Assembly (NCBI GenBank): GCA_007693485.1
Contig: REDM01000178.1
Span: forward strand, 7,092 to 71,091
Direction of reading: 5' to 3'
Source: Spirochaetaceae bacterium
GTDB lineage: Bacteria; Spirochaetota; Spirochaetia; DSM-27196; PWMO01
DNA length: 64,000 nt
Shown here: positions 39,414 through 49,735 of the stretch, one piece after another
Numbering within the stretch: position 1 is the stretch's first letter
Layout: each line of letters opens with the position of its first letter
Position numbers and translations under genes: made by a program
Notes under the pieces: model-generated
Seen by the model: only the letters and a program-made list of their open reading frames with translations
Told to the model about the DNA's origin: nothing
Database searches by the model: none

Positions 39414-40202
39414 ATGATTCCGCTGTTACGCCTGTTGTGCGAACGGTTTCCCGACGTCGCTCCCAAGGAACTCCACGCGCGTATCCTCTGCGGCGAAGTG
39501 CTGGTGAACGGTGACACCGAGCGGGATCCTGCGCGCACCGTTTCCGATGATTCGGCCATCGAGTGGCGCGTCAACCGATATGTGTCCCGCGGCGGTCTCA
39601 AGCTGGAAGCGGCGCTTTCAGCGTGGCGGTTGCCCGTGCTTGGGCGGGTGTTTGTAGATGCCGGTGCGTCCACCGGCGGCTTCACCGACTGCCTGCTTCA
39701 CGCCGGAGCCGAGCGGGTCCACGCGGTTGACGTTGGCTACAACCAGCTTGACTACCGGTTGCGGCAGGACCGGCGCGTGGTGGTGCACGAACGAACCAAT
39801 ATCATGAGCGTAGCGCAACTCGATCCGCGGCCGCACGCCGGTGTGGCTGATCTCTCGTTTCGGTCTCTGAAGGGGGCAGCGCATCGGCTGCTGCAGCTCA
39901 CGACCGAGCGGTGGGCGGTCGTTCTGGTCAAGCCTCAGTTTGAGCTTCCCGCCGGGGACCGGACCTTCGACGGCGTCATCCGCGACCGCACGCTCCTGCT
40001 GCAAACCCTGCTTCGTGTGGTGGATACGCTATCGACCGAGGATGTTGCGGTTGTCAAAACCATGCCGTCACCCGTAGTGGGACGACGGGGAAATCGCGAG
40101 TTCCTGTTTCTGGTGGCCGCCACCGGCACCATGGAGGCAGACGTCGCAGACGTGGCGGACCAACTACGCCTTCAGGTGGAACAGATTGCCATTCGCGAGT
40201 AG
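39414..40202 (+). CDS. tlyA: TlyA-family rRNA methyltransferase
   Basis: YVSRGGLKL, DAGASTGGFTD, DLSF and LVKPQFE. Confidence 0.92.
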   Translation: MIPLLRLLCERFPDVAPKELHARILCGEVLVNGDTERDPARTVSDDSAIEWRVNRYVSRGGLKLEAALSAWRLPVLGRVFVDAGASTGGFTDCLLHAGAERVHAVDVGYNQLDYRLRQDRRVVVHERTNIMSVAQLDPRPHAGVADLSFRSLKGAAHRLLQLTTERWAVVLVKPQFELPAGDRTFDGVIRDRTLLLQTLLRVVDTLSTEDVAVVKTMPSPVVGRRGNREFLFLVAATGTMEADVADVADQLRLQVEQIAIRE

Positions 40203-40236
40203 ACCGGGGGCGAAAAATGCACAGCTTTGGGAACAC

Positions 40237-41094
40237 TCACCGGTCACTAAACGAGTTTCGGTCCAGCGGCGCACCGATGTATACCCCATCCCCGCCGAGA
40301 TAGTTCACCGTTTCGCCTTCGATCAGAAACTGCACCCGCTGAATGGTGGAAAACTCGGTCGTGCTGAATACAACCTGCTGCAGTTGCGCAACAAAGCCCT
40401 CAACCCCCATGGGGTTGAACCGGAAACTCTCGTTGAAGTTGAGGTAGGCGGTACCGTCGCGCACGGCTGCGGAGATCAAGCGGGTGTTTTCCGGGACAAG
40501 GTTGAGCAGTCCGGCGCTCAACTCGGTTGCGGTTGGACCGGCGAGCAGGGCGTGAAGGGTCTGAGTCATGGGGTTGTTGGTGTAACTGACGGTCCGCGTG
40601 ACGTTTTGCGGGAAGATCCGTCCGTCGTCGGTAACCCGAATATAATAGATGGTTGACTCCCGGGTGCGGGTGACCGGCTGAGCTGGAGCGGGTTCGGGAG
40701 TCGTGGTGGCAACCGAGGGAGCGGTCGGTTCCGGTGTGCGTGCCGGTCCCGGAGTCGGCTGCGTCGGCTGAGGTGGTTCGGGTTGCACCGCGGGGGCGGT
40801 CGCCGGTGGGGCGGGCTGGGGTTCAGATGTCCGGCGCGGGGTGATCGGCTCGGGATCCGCGGGTTCCAGATCGATCACGGGGTCTTCCGGTTCTCGGGTT
40901 ACAACCTGGGGCGGTGTGTCTCGCGGTTCACGGCCAAACCGCTCGCGCAGGACGTCGACCAGCCCGGTGTTTTCCAGCGTGCGTTCGATGGTGGGGCGGT
41001 TGTACAGGTAAATGACCACGATCAGGAGAATGAATGCGATCCAGAAGAGCACCCCAATGGAGCCCCCGGGTTTTTTTCTGCGCGGTTTTGCCAT
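40237..41094 (-). CDS. GerMN-domain membrane-anchored protein with Pro/Thr linker
   Basis: TM helix, Pro-rich linker, LLAGPT and TEFSTIQRVQFLIEGE. Confidence 0.8.
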   Translation of the reverse strand: MAKPRRKKPGGSIGVLFWIAFILLIVVIYLYNRPTIERTLENTGLVDVLRERFGREPRDTPPQVVTREPEDPVIDLEPADPEPITPRRTSEPQPAPPATAPAVQPEPPQPTQPTPGPARTPEPTAPSVATTTPEPAPAQPVTRTRESTIYYIRVTDDGRIFPQNVTRTVSYTNNPMTQTLHALLAGPTATELSAGLLNLVPENTRLISAAVRDGTAYLNFNESFRFNPMGVEGFVAQLQQVVFSTTEFSTIQRVQFLIEGETVNYLGGDGVYIGAPLDRNSFSDR

Positions 41095-41147
41095 GACACC
41101 CTCAATATCGACCAACGCGGCGCTTCCATTGAGCCGTAGCACGTTGT

Positions 41148-41176
41148 TTGACAGTGGTTTCGAAAGGACGTATAGT
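41148..41176 (+). promoter_or_regulatory. ptsI promoter
   Basis: TTGACA-N17-TATAGT; ATG 10 nt downstream, no SD. Confidence 0.7.
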
Positions 41177-41186
41177 TGTTGTCGCC

Positions 41187-42923
41187 ATGGATGAACTGGT
41201 CGGAATCTCGGCTTCGCCCGGTATCGCAATCGGTACCGCGTTTCTGTATCTCGACGACAATCCGACCGTTCCCCGCTATTCAGTGGATGATATCGGGCGG
41301 GAGTCGGATCGCTTTCACCGAGCGATCGCGAAGGCGCGCGCCGAGATCGAGGCGCTGAAAGCGCGGCAGAACAGCACCCACACCCCGGAGCATCTCCAGT
41401 TTCTGGACTCGCACCTGCTGATGCTCGGCGACGCGGATTTCACTGCCTCGGTAGAAAAGAAACTGTCGGCCGAAAAGCAGAACGTGGAATGGGTCCTGTT
41501 CTCGACCATGCAGGAGCTGATTTCCAAGCTCTCGGCCGCGGAGGACAGCTACCTTCGTGAGCGTACCGCGGACATTCACGACGTGTCCAAACGGGTTCTG
41601 GGACACCTCATGTTCCGCGAGCGCATCTCGCTGGCCGACCTTACCCAGGAAGTAATCCTGGTGGGGCACGATCTGCTTCCCTCCGATGCAGTGGGAATGA
41701 ACAAGCACATGGTCAAGGGTATCGCCCTCGACGCCGGCGGCCGAACCTCGCACACCGCAATCCTCGCGCGCAGTTTTGAGATTCCCGCGGTGCTCGGGCT
41801 ATCCGACGTGACCCGGCACGCGTCGCTCGGGGATCAGATCATTGTGGACGGCAACCGGGGGAAGGTGCTGCTTCGGCCCACGGAGAAGACCCGCAAGCGA
41901 TACCTTCTGGTGCAACGGGAGTGGCGCAAGCGCGAAGTGCGTCTGATGGGTCTGAACGAGTTACCCGCCGAGACCCGCGACGGGAAGCTCATCATGCTGA
42001 AGGCGAATATCGAGGTACCCGAAGAGGTCGATTCCATTGCGGCACACGGCGCCGACGGGATTGGCCTCTACCGTTCGGAGTTTCTTTTTCTCACACCGGG
42101 CGCCGTGCCCACCGAGGAGGAACAGTATCAGGCGTACCGGTACGTGCTGGAATCCGTAGACAGAAAACCGGTGACCATCCGCACCCTGGACGTCGGCGGG
42201 GACAAGGTGTTTTCGCAGCTGGAGAGTTCGCGAGAGCGGAATCCCATTCTCGGATGGCGGGCGGTCAGGTTCTGCCTCGCCAACACCGATATTTTTCATA
42301 CGCAACTGAGGGCTCTGTTACGCGCCTCGGTACACGGCAATCTTCGGATCATGTTTCCGATGATCTCCGGTATCGAGGAGGTGAATCAGGTGCTCGAGTC
42401 ATTACAAACCGTCAAGGATGATCTGCGCCGCGAAGGAGTCACGTTCCGTGACGATATCCCGGTGGGCATCATGATCGAAGTGCCCTCGGCGGCCATAACC
42501 TCGGACATACTCGCAAAGAAGAGCGACTTCTTTTCGATCGGAACCAACGATCTGATCCAGTATACCATCGCGGTTGACCGCGGGAACGAAAAAATTGCCT
42601 ATCTGTACGAGCCCTTTCACCCAGGCGTGCTGCGCCTGCTCAAAATGATCATCGACAACGCGCACGCCATGGGAATATCGGCGGGAATGTGCGGCGAAAT
42701 GGCCGGAGACCCGCTGGCTACCCTCATTCTTCTCGGCCTTGGCCTGGACGAGTTCAGCATGAGCGCGTCCGGTATTCCCGAGGTCAAGCGCATCATCCGC
42801 TCAGTCTCCATGTCCGAGGCCGAAGAGGTCGTTGGCGAAGTGCTTGAGATGAAATCGTTCGTTGAGATCGACCGCTTTGTACAGGAACTCATGGAGAAAC
42901 GTTTTGACGTCCAAGTCTATTAA
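41187..42923 (+). CDS. ptsI: PTS enzyme I (PEP-protein phosphotransferase)
   Basis: GGRTSHTAILAR, GIGLYRSE, DFFSIGTNDL and CGEMAG. Confidence 0.96.
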   Translation: MDELVGISASPGIAIGTAFLYLDDNPTVPRYSVDDIGRESDRFHRAIAKARAEIEALKARQNSTHTPEHLQFLDSHLLMLGDADFTASVEKKLSAEKQNVEWVLFSTMQELISKLSAAEDSYLRERTADIHDVSKRVLGHLMFRERISLADLTQEVILVGHDLLPSDAVGMNKHMVKGIALDAGGRTSHTAILARSFEIPAVLGLSDVTRHASLGDQIIVDGNRGKVLLRPTEKTRKRYLLVQREWRKREVRLMGLNELPAETRDGKLIMLKANIEVPEEVDSIAAHGADGIGLYRSEFLFLTPGAVPTEEEQYQAYRYVLESVDRKPVTIRTLDVGGDKVFSQLESSRERNPILGWRAVRFCLANTDIFHTQLRALLRASVHGNLRIMFPMISGIEEVNQVLESLQTVKDDLRREGVTFRDDIPVGIMIEVPSAAITSDILAKKSDFFSIGTNDLIQYTIAVDRGNEKIAYLYEPFHPGVLRLLKMIIDNAHAMGISAGMCGEMAGDPLATLILLGLGLDEFSMSASGIPEVKRIIRSVSMSEAEEVVGEVLEMKSFVEIDRFVQELMEKRFDVQVY

Positions 42924-44367
42924 CATCACCGTCTCGGCGGACACCGGTTCACCGCCGTCGTCACGCGAGCCCCTCATTGCCGTTGTCGGTCGACCAAACG
43001 TCGGGAAATCGACGCTGTTCAACCGGCTTCTCAAAAAGCGCCGCGCCATTACGCATCCGCAGCCCGGGGTCACCCGGGACGTGGTCTCGGCCGAATGGAG
43101 CATCGACGGTCGGCCGGTTCGGCTCCTCGATACCGGCGGCGTCTCCCCGGAAGGTGACGCCTTCCATCGGGTGGTTTCCGAACGGAGTATGGCCGCCCTC
43201 GCGCGGGCGCATATCGTGCTTCTGGTCATGGACGTCACCGAGACGACTGCCGAGGATGAGCTCTTTCTCGAGGCGCTCGCGCCACAGCGTGACCGCACCA
43301 TCCTGGTGGTCAACAAGGTTGATACCGAGAAACGAGATCCCGACGTATGGGACTTCCATCGGTTTGGATTCTCCGAGGTCATCGCGATCTCCGCCGAACA
43401 CGGCCGCGGCATCGACGAGCTGCTTTCCGCGGTCACGGCGCGGTTGGATGCCATCCCGCGCTCGCTGATTGACACCGGCGCATCGTCCACAGGCGCACCG
43501 TCAACGTGCCCAACGTCAACGGACGGACCTACCGAGGGTACAGAAGAGGTGCCGGCGCCCATCGATCTCGGACTGATTCGTATCTCGGTACTTGGTCAGC
43601 CCAATACCGGGAAGTCCACCCTGTGCAACACCCTCATTGGATACGACGCGTCGATTGTGTCGGATCTTCCCGGAACCACCCGCGACGTGGTCGAAGAGCG
43701 ATTCTCCGCAGGAGGGTATCACATTCGCATTCTGGACACCGCGGGGATCCGGCGAAAGAAGCGGGTGACCGAGGACATCGAATATTACTCGGTCACTCGA
43801 GCCATCGATACCATAGACGAAAGCGATGTTGTGCTGCTTCTGGTGGACGCCGACAAGGGCCTCTCGGAGCAGGACAAGAAAATCGCGTCGCTGGTGGTGA
43901 AGGCGGGCAAAGGGATCGTGCTGGTGCTCAACAAGTGGGACCTGCTTGCCGACACCAAAAACCAGTTTGAAGCGGTTCGCGATCGCATCCACTTCCTTTT
44001 TCCGGTTCTTGAGTTTGCGCCGGTGGTGCCCGTTTCCGCCCTCAACCGCACCGGGCTCGACCGGCTGCTGCGAGCTACCACTTCGGTGTTTCGTCAGCTC
44101 ACCACGCGCGTCGACACCGGGCCGCTCAACGCGGCGCTGGCACGCTGGGTTACCAGAACGCCGCCACCCCTTGTCAATCGGCATCCGCTCAAGCTTCGGT
44201 ATCTCACGCACGTACAGGTGAATCCGTCGGTCTTCGTGCTGTTCTCAAACCGATCCGTCGGATTTCCTGATGCCTATCTCTCCTATATCAAGAACCAGAT
44301 TCGGCGAGAGTTCGGGCTTACCGATATCCCGATTCGAATCGAGGTTCGCTCCGCGCAGAAGAGCTGA
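42904..44367 (+). CDS. der: ribosome biogenesis GTPase Der
   Basis: Two G domains (GRPNVGKS, GQPNTGKS), DTAG, NKWD and a C-terminal KH-like domain. TTG start is approximate. Confidence 0.93.
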   Translation: MTSKSINITVSADTGSPPSSREPLIAVVGRPNVGKSTLFNRLLKKRRAITHPQPGVTRDVVSAEWSIDGRPVRLLDTGGVSPEGDAFHRVVSERSMAALARAHIVLLVMDVTETTAEDELFLEALAPQRDRTILVVNKVDTEKRDPDVWDFHRFGFSEVIAISAEHGRGIDELLSAVTARLDAIPRSLIDTGASSTGAPSTCPTSTDGPTEGTEEVPAPIDLGLIRISVLGQPNTGKSTLCNTLIGYDASIVSDLPGTTRDVVEERFSAGGYHIRILDTAGIRRKKRVTEDIEYYSVTRAIDTIDESDVVLLLVDADKGLSEQDKKIASLVVKAGKGIVLVLNKWDLLADTKNQFEAVRDRIHFLFPVLEFAPVVPVSALNRTGLDRLLRATTSVFRQLTTRVDTGPLNAALARWVTRTPPPLVNRHPLKLRYLTHVQVNPSVFVLFSNRSVGFPDAYLSYIKNQIRREFGLTDIPIRIEVRSAQKS

Positions 44368-45695
44368 TGAGCGCGTATCTGATCGGTGAGGTCTGCCGCC
44401 TGCTCGACGTGAAGCCACACGTCCTGCGCTACTGGGAGCAGCAGGTTCCGCTGCTTGCTCCCCGCAAAGACCACGCCGGCAGACGCATGTACTCACCTCG
44501 TGAGGTGCAGATTCTTTTCCGATTGAGGTATCTGATCGTCACCCGCCGCCTGACCACCGAGGGCGCCGCCCGAAAGATTCTGGAAGAGGTGCAGGGACCG
44601 GGAGCCGACCTCAAGGCACAGGTTCACGAGCTGCGCGAGTCGCTTCTGAGTCTCCAGCGGGATATTCGCGCACGCTCCCGCGTGGGAGAGCCGTTGCTCC
44701 TTCCCCCGTGCGGCCATGAGCTCGTTGCATCGCTCGATCAGCTCTGGTCGGGAATGCCGGTGTCGCGCCGGGCGGCGGTGGCGACCGACCTCGCCCGCTG
44801 GAGCGCCGAGAGCACCCGGTACGCTGCGCTTCCGGCTTCGCGGGGCGACGGCACCTCGGCCGTTGAGCCCGACCGGCGTACCGTCCGCGTCTATCGCTGG
44901 CGGCGCCCGGAGCTCCAGCACTACTTTCCCGAGTCCGGTGGGCGGCTCCGTGTCGCGGTGCTGATTCTCGCAGGCACCGGAGGCGCGGCGCGGCTTCGCA
45001 CCACGATCACGCGGATCGCCGCGGAGCTTTCAGACTCGGCGCGCTACGGAATCGGCATCAACTCGTGGCTCATTGTCGCCTCTCCACGCGAACTCGCTGA
45101 TCCCGCAACGCTGCTGCGGTTCTGCTCGACGCGGGCTGGTATCACCGCGCCGGTGAACCTCATTGCGGAGTACCCGTTTCCATTGCGCGATGACGAGGGA
45201 CGGTTTGTGATGGACGCAGACGGGCAGGGGCTCGCGGGTTGCTCGGAGCCCTTGCTCTGGGCGGTGCGCGAGGTTGCGCAGCAGGAGGCGTTGGCTTCGT
45301 CGTGCGACGCTATGCTGCTCTGTGATCACGCAGCGACCCGTGAGGGTCCACCACCGGTGGAACTGCTCGCGTGGTTTGATCCCCGTCGGTGCGATGCGGT
45401 GGCGACCGCGGTGCGCGACCCGGCGTCGGAGCGTGCGCTCGGATACCGGAGGGCGGGGCCGGCGGTTGTTTCGGTGTCGCTGATGCGATCGGCTGCGGCT
45501 CATGGGGTTGGCAGCCTGGTGCGCCGGCGGCAACGGGTCTTCAGGCATTCGGTGGATCTGGACGATATTCAAACAGAAGAGCTGTATCGCAGCTCGCTCT
45601 CCGTCATGGATCTGCTTGCCGCGGCGCGGAGACCGCGAGTATTTTCTACAGGGAAAACCGAATGGATTCGAGAACACGCCCGTCCGCTCGCGTAG
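44367..45695 (+). CDS. MerR-family HTH fused to a degenerate nucleotidyltransferase-like domain
   Basis: YLIGEVCRLLDVKPHVLRYWE...GRRMYS; later VAVLILAGTGGAARL. Confidence 0.7.
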   Translation: MSAYLIGEVCRLLDVKPHVLRYWEQQVPLLAPRKDHAGRRMYSPREVQILFRLRYLIVTRRLTTEGAARKILEEVQGPGADLKAQVHELRESLLSLQRDIRARSRVGEPLLLPPCGHELVASLDQLWSGMPVSRRAAVATDLARWSAESTRYAALPASRGDGTSAVEPDRRTVRVYRWRRPELQHYFPESGGRLRVAVLILAGTGGAARLRTTITRIAAELSDSARYGIGINSWLIVASPRELADPATLLRFCSTRAGITAPVNLIAEYPFPLRDDEGRFVMDADGQGLAGCSEPLLWAVREVAQQEALASSCDAMLLCDHAATREGPPPVELLAWFDPRRCDAVATAVRDPASERALGYRRAGPAVVSVSLMRSAAAHGVGSLVRRRQRVFRHSVDLDDIQTEELYRSSLSVMDLLAAARRPRVFSTGKTEWIREHARPLA

Positions 45696-46783
45696 TCATC
45701 GCTCACCTCGCTGTGCTGCTCATTGTCGTTCCGGCAACCGTCGGTGCGTTGCCGCTGGTGCTTCCGGAGCACACCGAAACTCGGATTCGCTTGCAGGAGC
45801 TGGTAACCGGCCCCCTGTCGACCGTAGCGGTCACGGAAGCTGATATTCATCGGCAACGCTTCACGCCGCATCGGGTGCGGTTCTCCCACGAGGTGCGGGG
45901 AGAGTATCACTATCTGATCTTTACCAACGAGATGAGGGGCGAGTTCCGGCTGCCGACGCGCGGTTCGTGGACGATTCGCCGACATCGGGAAACCGGCGCC
46001 ATCGATGAGATCAAGGTGTTTCTCGCCGATGACCAGCGCTTCTTCGCTCGGCTCGCTCCGGACGGAAACGGTCGCCGGGTTACGCGCATGGAGGTCACCC
46101 TCATGGACGATGTGATCTACCGTGACGTGGTGGTGCCAATTCCGTTTGAGCGGGTGCTCGTCTCCTCGTTTGCCGAGATCCAGCGCGCCACCGAAGCGAT
46201 CGTCGACTGGAGTCTGTTCCACATTCCGCCGGACCGTGCCGCACATCAGACGGTCGAGCGCATGGTGGGACGGATTCGCGCTTCCTTCGCCAATCGACAG
46301 GAGGGTGATCCCGCAGCCATCGATCGCCTGATTGCCGAGACAGGGTTTGCCGATGCAGACAGCCTCGGTGATGGAAGGGTGATTGCAGTCCACGCGATCC
46401 GGTTTGCGACGGTGGTACCCGACGTAGGGTTGCCAATCGAAGACCTCCGGCGTTCGCTCTATCTGCTCGTCCGGGAGCACCCTGACTCGTTTTACATCGG
46501 ACGCATCAACACGGGCCTGCGATCCAACGGGCAAATGGTTGCCGGGAGTGCCTTTACACGGCAGCATCATCGTCTCGTTGCGCTATTTCCCACCGTTGAC
46601 CCTCGCGGACGGTTCCAGACCGTGGTGATTGATGGGAACGCAGAGACAACCGTTACGTCACTGCGAACGCGGTACTCAGGCGATTCAATCCACCTGGTAC
46701 GGGTGCGCGCGCACGATAATCTGTTTGCTGCCGGCGAATATGACCGCGTTTTGTTCAATGAGGTTTTGTTGAATAATGAGTGA
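45662..46783 (+). CDS. exported hypothetical protein
   Basis: Signal-like N-terminus in an ORF that fills the operon gap. Confidence 0.65.
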   Translation: MDSRTRPSARVVIAHLAVLLIVVPATVGALPLVLPEHTETRIRLQELVTGPLSTVAVTEADIHRQRFTPHRVRFSHEVRGEYHYLIFTNEMRGEFRLPTRGSWTIRRHRETGAIDEIKVFLADDQRFFARLAPDGNGRRVTRMEVTLMDDVIYRDVVVPIPFERVLVSSFAEIQRATEAIVDWSLFHIPPDRAAHQTVERMVGRIRASFANRQEGDPAAIDRLIAETGFADADSLGDGRVIAVHAIRFATVVPDVGLPIEDLRRSLYLLVREHPDSFYIGRINTGLRSNGQMVAGSAFTRQHHRLVALFPTVDPRGRFQTVVIDGNAETTVTSLRTRYSGDSIHLVRVRAHDNLFAAGEYDRVLFNEVLLNNE

Positions 46784-46807
46784 TGGTGAGATATCCTGAT
46801 TACACGT

Positions 46808-49735
46808 ATGAAGCGACTTCTCCTGCTGACCGTCGTGCTTCTGTGCGCCGGCAGCCTTTTCGCGCAGAGTTCCGATCGGGACCTCTTTCTTCAGGCCGAG
46901 GCGCGGTTTCGCGCCGGCGAATTTGAAGTCGCGCTCGAGCGGTATGACGCGCTGATTCGCCAGTTTCCCGTTTCGCAGTTTGTCCCCGACGCACAGTTTC
47001 GTCGTGCCGTGACCCTTCATCGGCTTGGACGGCACCAGGAATCACTCGAGCTGTTACAGCGGGTGGAAACCCGGTTCCGCTCGACGCGATTTCTGCAGCA
47101 GGTGCCGTTCTGGAAGGGGGTGGCGCACTATCGACTCAGAAACTACACCACTGCGGCGGCCGATCTGCGCCTCTTTCTCAGCGCAAGCGCAGACGCGGGA
47201 CAGCGAGTGCAGGCGTTGCTCTACCTGGCGCTCAGTGAGGTAGAGTTGGGCTCGCGCCCGGCGGCGCTGGCAGCGCTGGAACAGATGTTTGAGATTACCA
47301 ACCCGTCCAGCGAGCTCTTTGCCGCGAGCGTCTACCTTGCGTTGCTGCTTCAGGAAGGACGGCCGCAGGACGGGGTTGAGTTTTTCGAGCAACTGAACCT
47401 TCCCGCGGTGGGTGGAACCCGAAGGGACACGGTGGTGCTCTATGCGGCCGAAGCGTATCGCCGGTCCGGAGCGGTGTCCGAGGCCCAAACCCTGCTGCGC
47501 GGCCTGCGCGGGGCGGATGCATCCGTTGCCGCGGTTGCCTTTCAACAGCTCTTTCAGATCGCGCAGGAGAGCGGAGATGAAACGGCACTGCTGACGGTGA
47601 CCAGCGAGGCCGAGCAGGCACTCGCGGGGCGAACCGACGTCCTGGCTCAATTCTGGCTGCAGGTGGGCATTGAGACCTTTCACCAAGGTCGGTTCGATCT
47701 CTCAGAGCTCTACCTTCAACGGGTGTGGGATCTGCGACGCTCGCAGCCGGTCAGCGGCACGGTTCCGCTTCACCTCGCGGAAATTCTCGCCGCCCGTGGC
47801 GAGCGAACGCGAGCGGTTGCAGTGCTGAACGACCATCTGGAGCGCAGCAGAGACCAGATTGCTGCGGTTCTTTTCCGTCTCGGGCGCCTTCACGCCGCAG
47901 GTGGAGACTGGCGCCGGGCGGCCGAGGTGCTCACGGTTGTGTTCACCGAGCACCGTGATACGGATGTGTTTGCGCCGGCTGCGTATCAACTAGCCTTCGC
48001 GCGAAACCGTCTGCAACAGACCGACGATGCGCTTACCGTCATAGACGACGTGTTCTCCGCCGGGCTCGCGGGACAGTTTGCAGGAGACTTCCTGCGATTG
48101 CGCGCGCAGATCTATCGCAGTCGCGGTGCCCTTGAGCAGGCTCTCCAGGCGCTGCGCGAGTATCTCGGACGGAATCCCGGAGACCTCGACGCGCTGATTG
48201 AGCAGGCAACGCTGCTCTTCCAGCTCGAACGGTACGGGCAGGTCATCAGCGAACACCGGGACATTTCTGCAGCGCATCCCAGCCTGCAGAGCGACAGACC
48301 CGATCTTTCGGTTCAGCTCGATTACCTCGTTGGGCTCGCGTTGATCGCCGGTCGCGATTACCGCGCAGCGATCGCGGCGCTACGCCGCCTGCCCGACGAC
48401 CCCGAGTCGCTACGAGCGCTCGCACCCGAACGTGACTTTGAGATCATCCACCCCTACGCCCTCTACTATCTTGGGTGGGCGTACTTTCGGCTCTCCGAGT
48501 ATGCCTCGGCCATCGCTTCCTTCGACCGGCTTCTGCGTTTTGATGAGCGTCATCGCTTTGCACCGCAGGCCGCCCACCTCGCCGGGTGGAGCGCCTACAA
48601 CCTCGAGCGCTACGATGCCGCCGAGGGGTACCTGCGGCGTCTTCGCGCAATGCGCGTTGGCGGGACCATCGAAACCGAGGCGGCGTTCCTCCTTGGTCAG
48701 ACCTTTTCCGCCCGCAATCGTTACGAGGAAGCCCTGGTCGAGTTTCGAAACGTCTTTCTGGATAGTCCCAATTCCCCGCTCGCCGACGACGCGCTGTTTG
48801 AGTACGCCGGTGTGCTGGTTCGCATGGGGCGCGTGGATGATGGCGTCCAGCAGTATCGAAACGTGTTCAGCCGCTTTCCCACCGGTGAACTCGCCGAGGA
48901 GGCGTTGTTTCGCCGTGGCGAGATCCTCTTCGAACGCGGCCGGTATGACGATGCGCGCAGCGCATTCTTCGAACATCGAAGCAACTTTGCGCAAGGCGAA
49001 CTCGTGCACGCCTCGCTCTACTGGGCAGGCATTGCCTCCGAGCGCCTCGGCGAGCGGGCCGGAGCGCTCCTGCTGTGGGAACAGCTGATCAGGGATCATC
49101 GCGGCAGCCCATTCCGCCCGGACGCGATGCTGCGTTCGGTGACCCTCTATGAAGATCTCGGGCAGTACCGTAACGCACTCAACATCGTCACGGAGTTCAT
49201 CGCCGCGTATCCCGCCCAGGCCGAGGCGCTGCAGACCCGCCGGAAGGCGGATGAGTTGATTCTGCTGATCGGCGGTCTCTCCGAGCAGGAAGCACGGTTG
49301 TGGGTTCGCATCGACGAGAACCGTCGCACCCAAACCAGCGCCGGTCGGGCTGCGATTCTCGAACTCGGGCGGCTTGCGATCATGGAAGGCGCGGGGAGCC
49401 CTGCGAACGAGAACCTCGTGGTGCAGCTTCTCGACGATACGGCGCGCCTGCGGAGCGAAGACCCGGCGGCTGCCGCCGAGGCGACCTTTCTCCTCGCTGA
49501 GTACCAGATGCGCAGCTCCAACCCGGCCCCCGCCGCACAGCTGTTTTTGAGTGTTCCTGAGATCAATCCGGAAAACCGGGATCTCGCCGCGCGCTCGTTG
49601 TTCCGCGCAGCGGAAGCGCTGCAGTTTGCGGGGCGTGACGCCGATATGCGCGAAATTATCCGTCGCCTTGAACAGACCTTTCCGGCGTCAGAGTGGACAA
49701 CTCGGGCGCGTCGCCTGCTGGGAGGCACCCCGTGA
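46808..49735 (+). CDS. large periplasmic TPR protein
   Basis: Signal peptide and many TPRs (FPVSQFVPDAQFR, SPLADDALFEYA, YALYYLGWAYF). Confidence 0.88.
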   Translation: MKRLLLLTVVLLCAGSLFAQSSDRDLFLQAEARFRAGEFEVALERYDALIRQFPVSQFVPDAQFRRAVTLHRLGRHQESLELLQRVETRFRSTRFLQQVPFWKGVAHYRLRNYTTAAADLRLFLSASADAGQRVQALLYLALSEVELGSRPAALAALEQMFEITNPSSELFAASVYLALLLQEGRPQDGVEFFEQLNLPAVGGTRRDTVVLYAAEAYRRSGAVSEAQTLLRGLRGADASVAAVAFQQLFQIAQESGDETALLTVTSEAEQALAGRTDVLAQFWLQVGIETFHQGRFDLSELYLQRVWDLRRSQPVSGTVPLHLAEILAARGERTRAVAVLNDHLERSRDQIAAVLFRLGRLHAAGGDWRRAAEVLTVVFTEHRDTDVFAPAAYQLAFARNRLQQTDDALTVIDDVFSAGLAGQFAGDFLRLRAQIYRSRGALEQALQALREYLGRNPGDLDALIEQATLLFQLERYGQVISEHRDISAAHPSLQSDRPDLSVQLDYLVGLALIAGRDYRAAIAALRRLPDDPESLRALAPERDFEIIHPYALYYLGWAYFRLSEYASAIASFDRLLRFDERHRFAPQAAHLAGWSAYNLERYDAAEGYLRRLRAMRVGGTIETEAAFLLGQTFSARNRYEEALVEFRNVFLDSPNSPLADDALFEYAGVLVRMGRVDDGVQQYRNVFSRFPTGELAEEALFRRGEILFERGRYDDARSAFFEHRSNFAQGELVHASLYWAGIASERLGERAGALLLWEQLIRDHRGSPFRPDAMLRSVTLYEDLGQYRNALNIVTEFIAAYPAQAEALQTRRKADELILLIGGLSEQEARLWVRIDENRRTQTSAGRAAILELGRLAIMEGAGSPANENLVVQLLDDTARLRSEDPAAAAEATFLLAEYQMRSSNPAPAAQLFLSVPEINPENRDLAARSLFRAAEALQFAGRDADMREIIRRLEQTFPASEWTTRARRLLGGTP

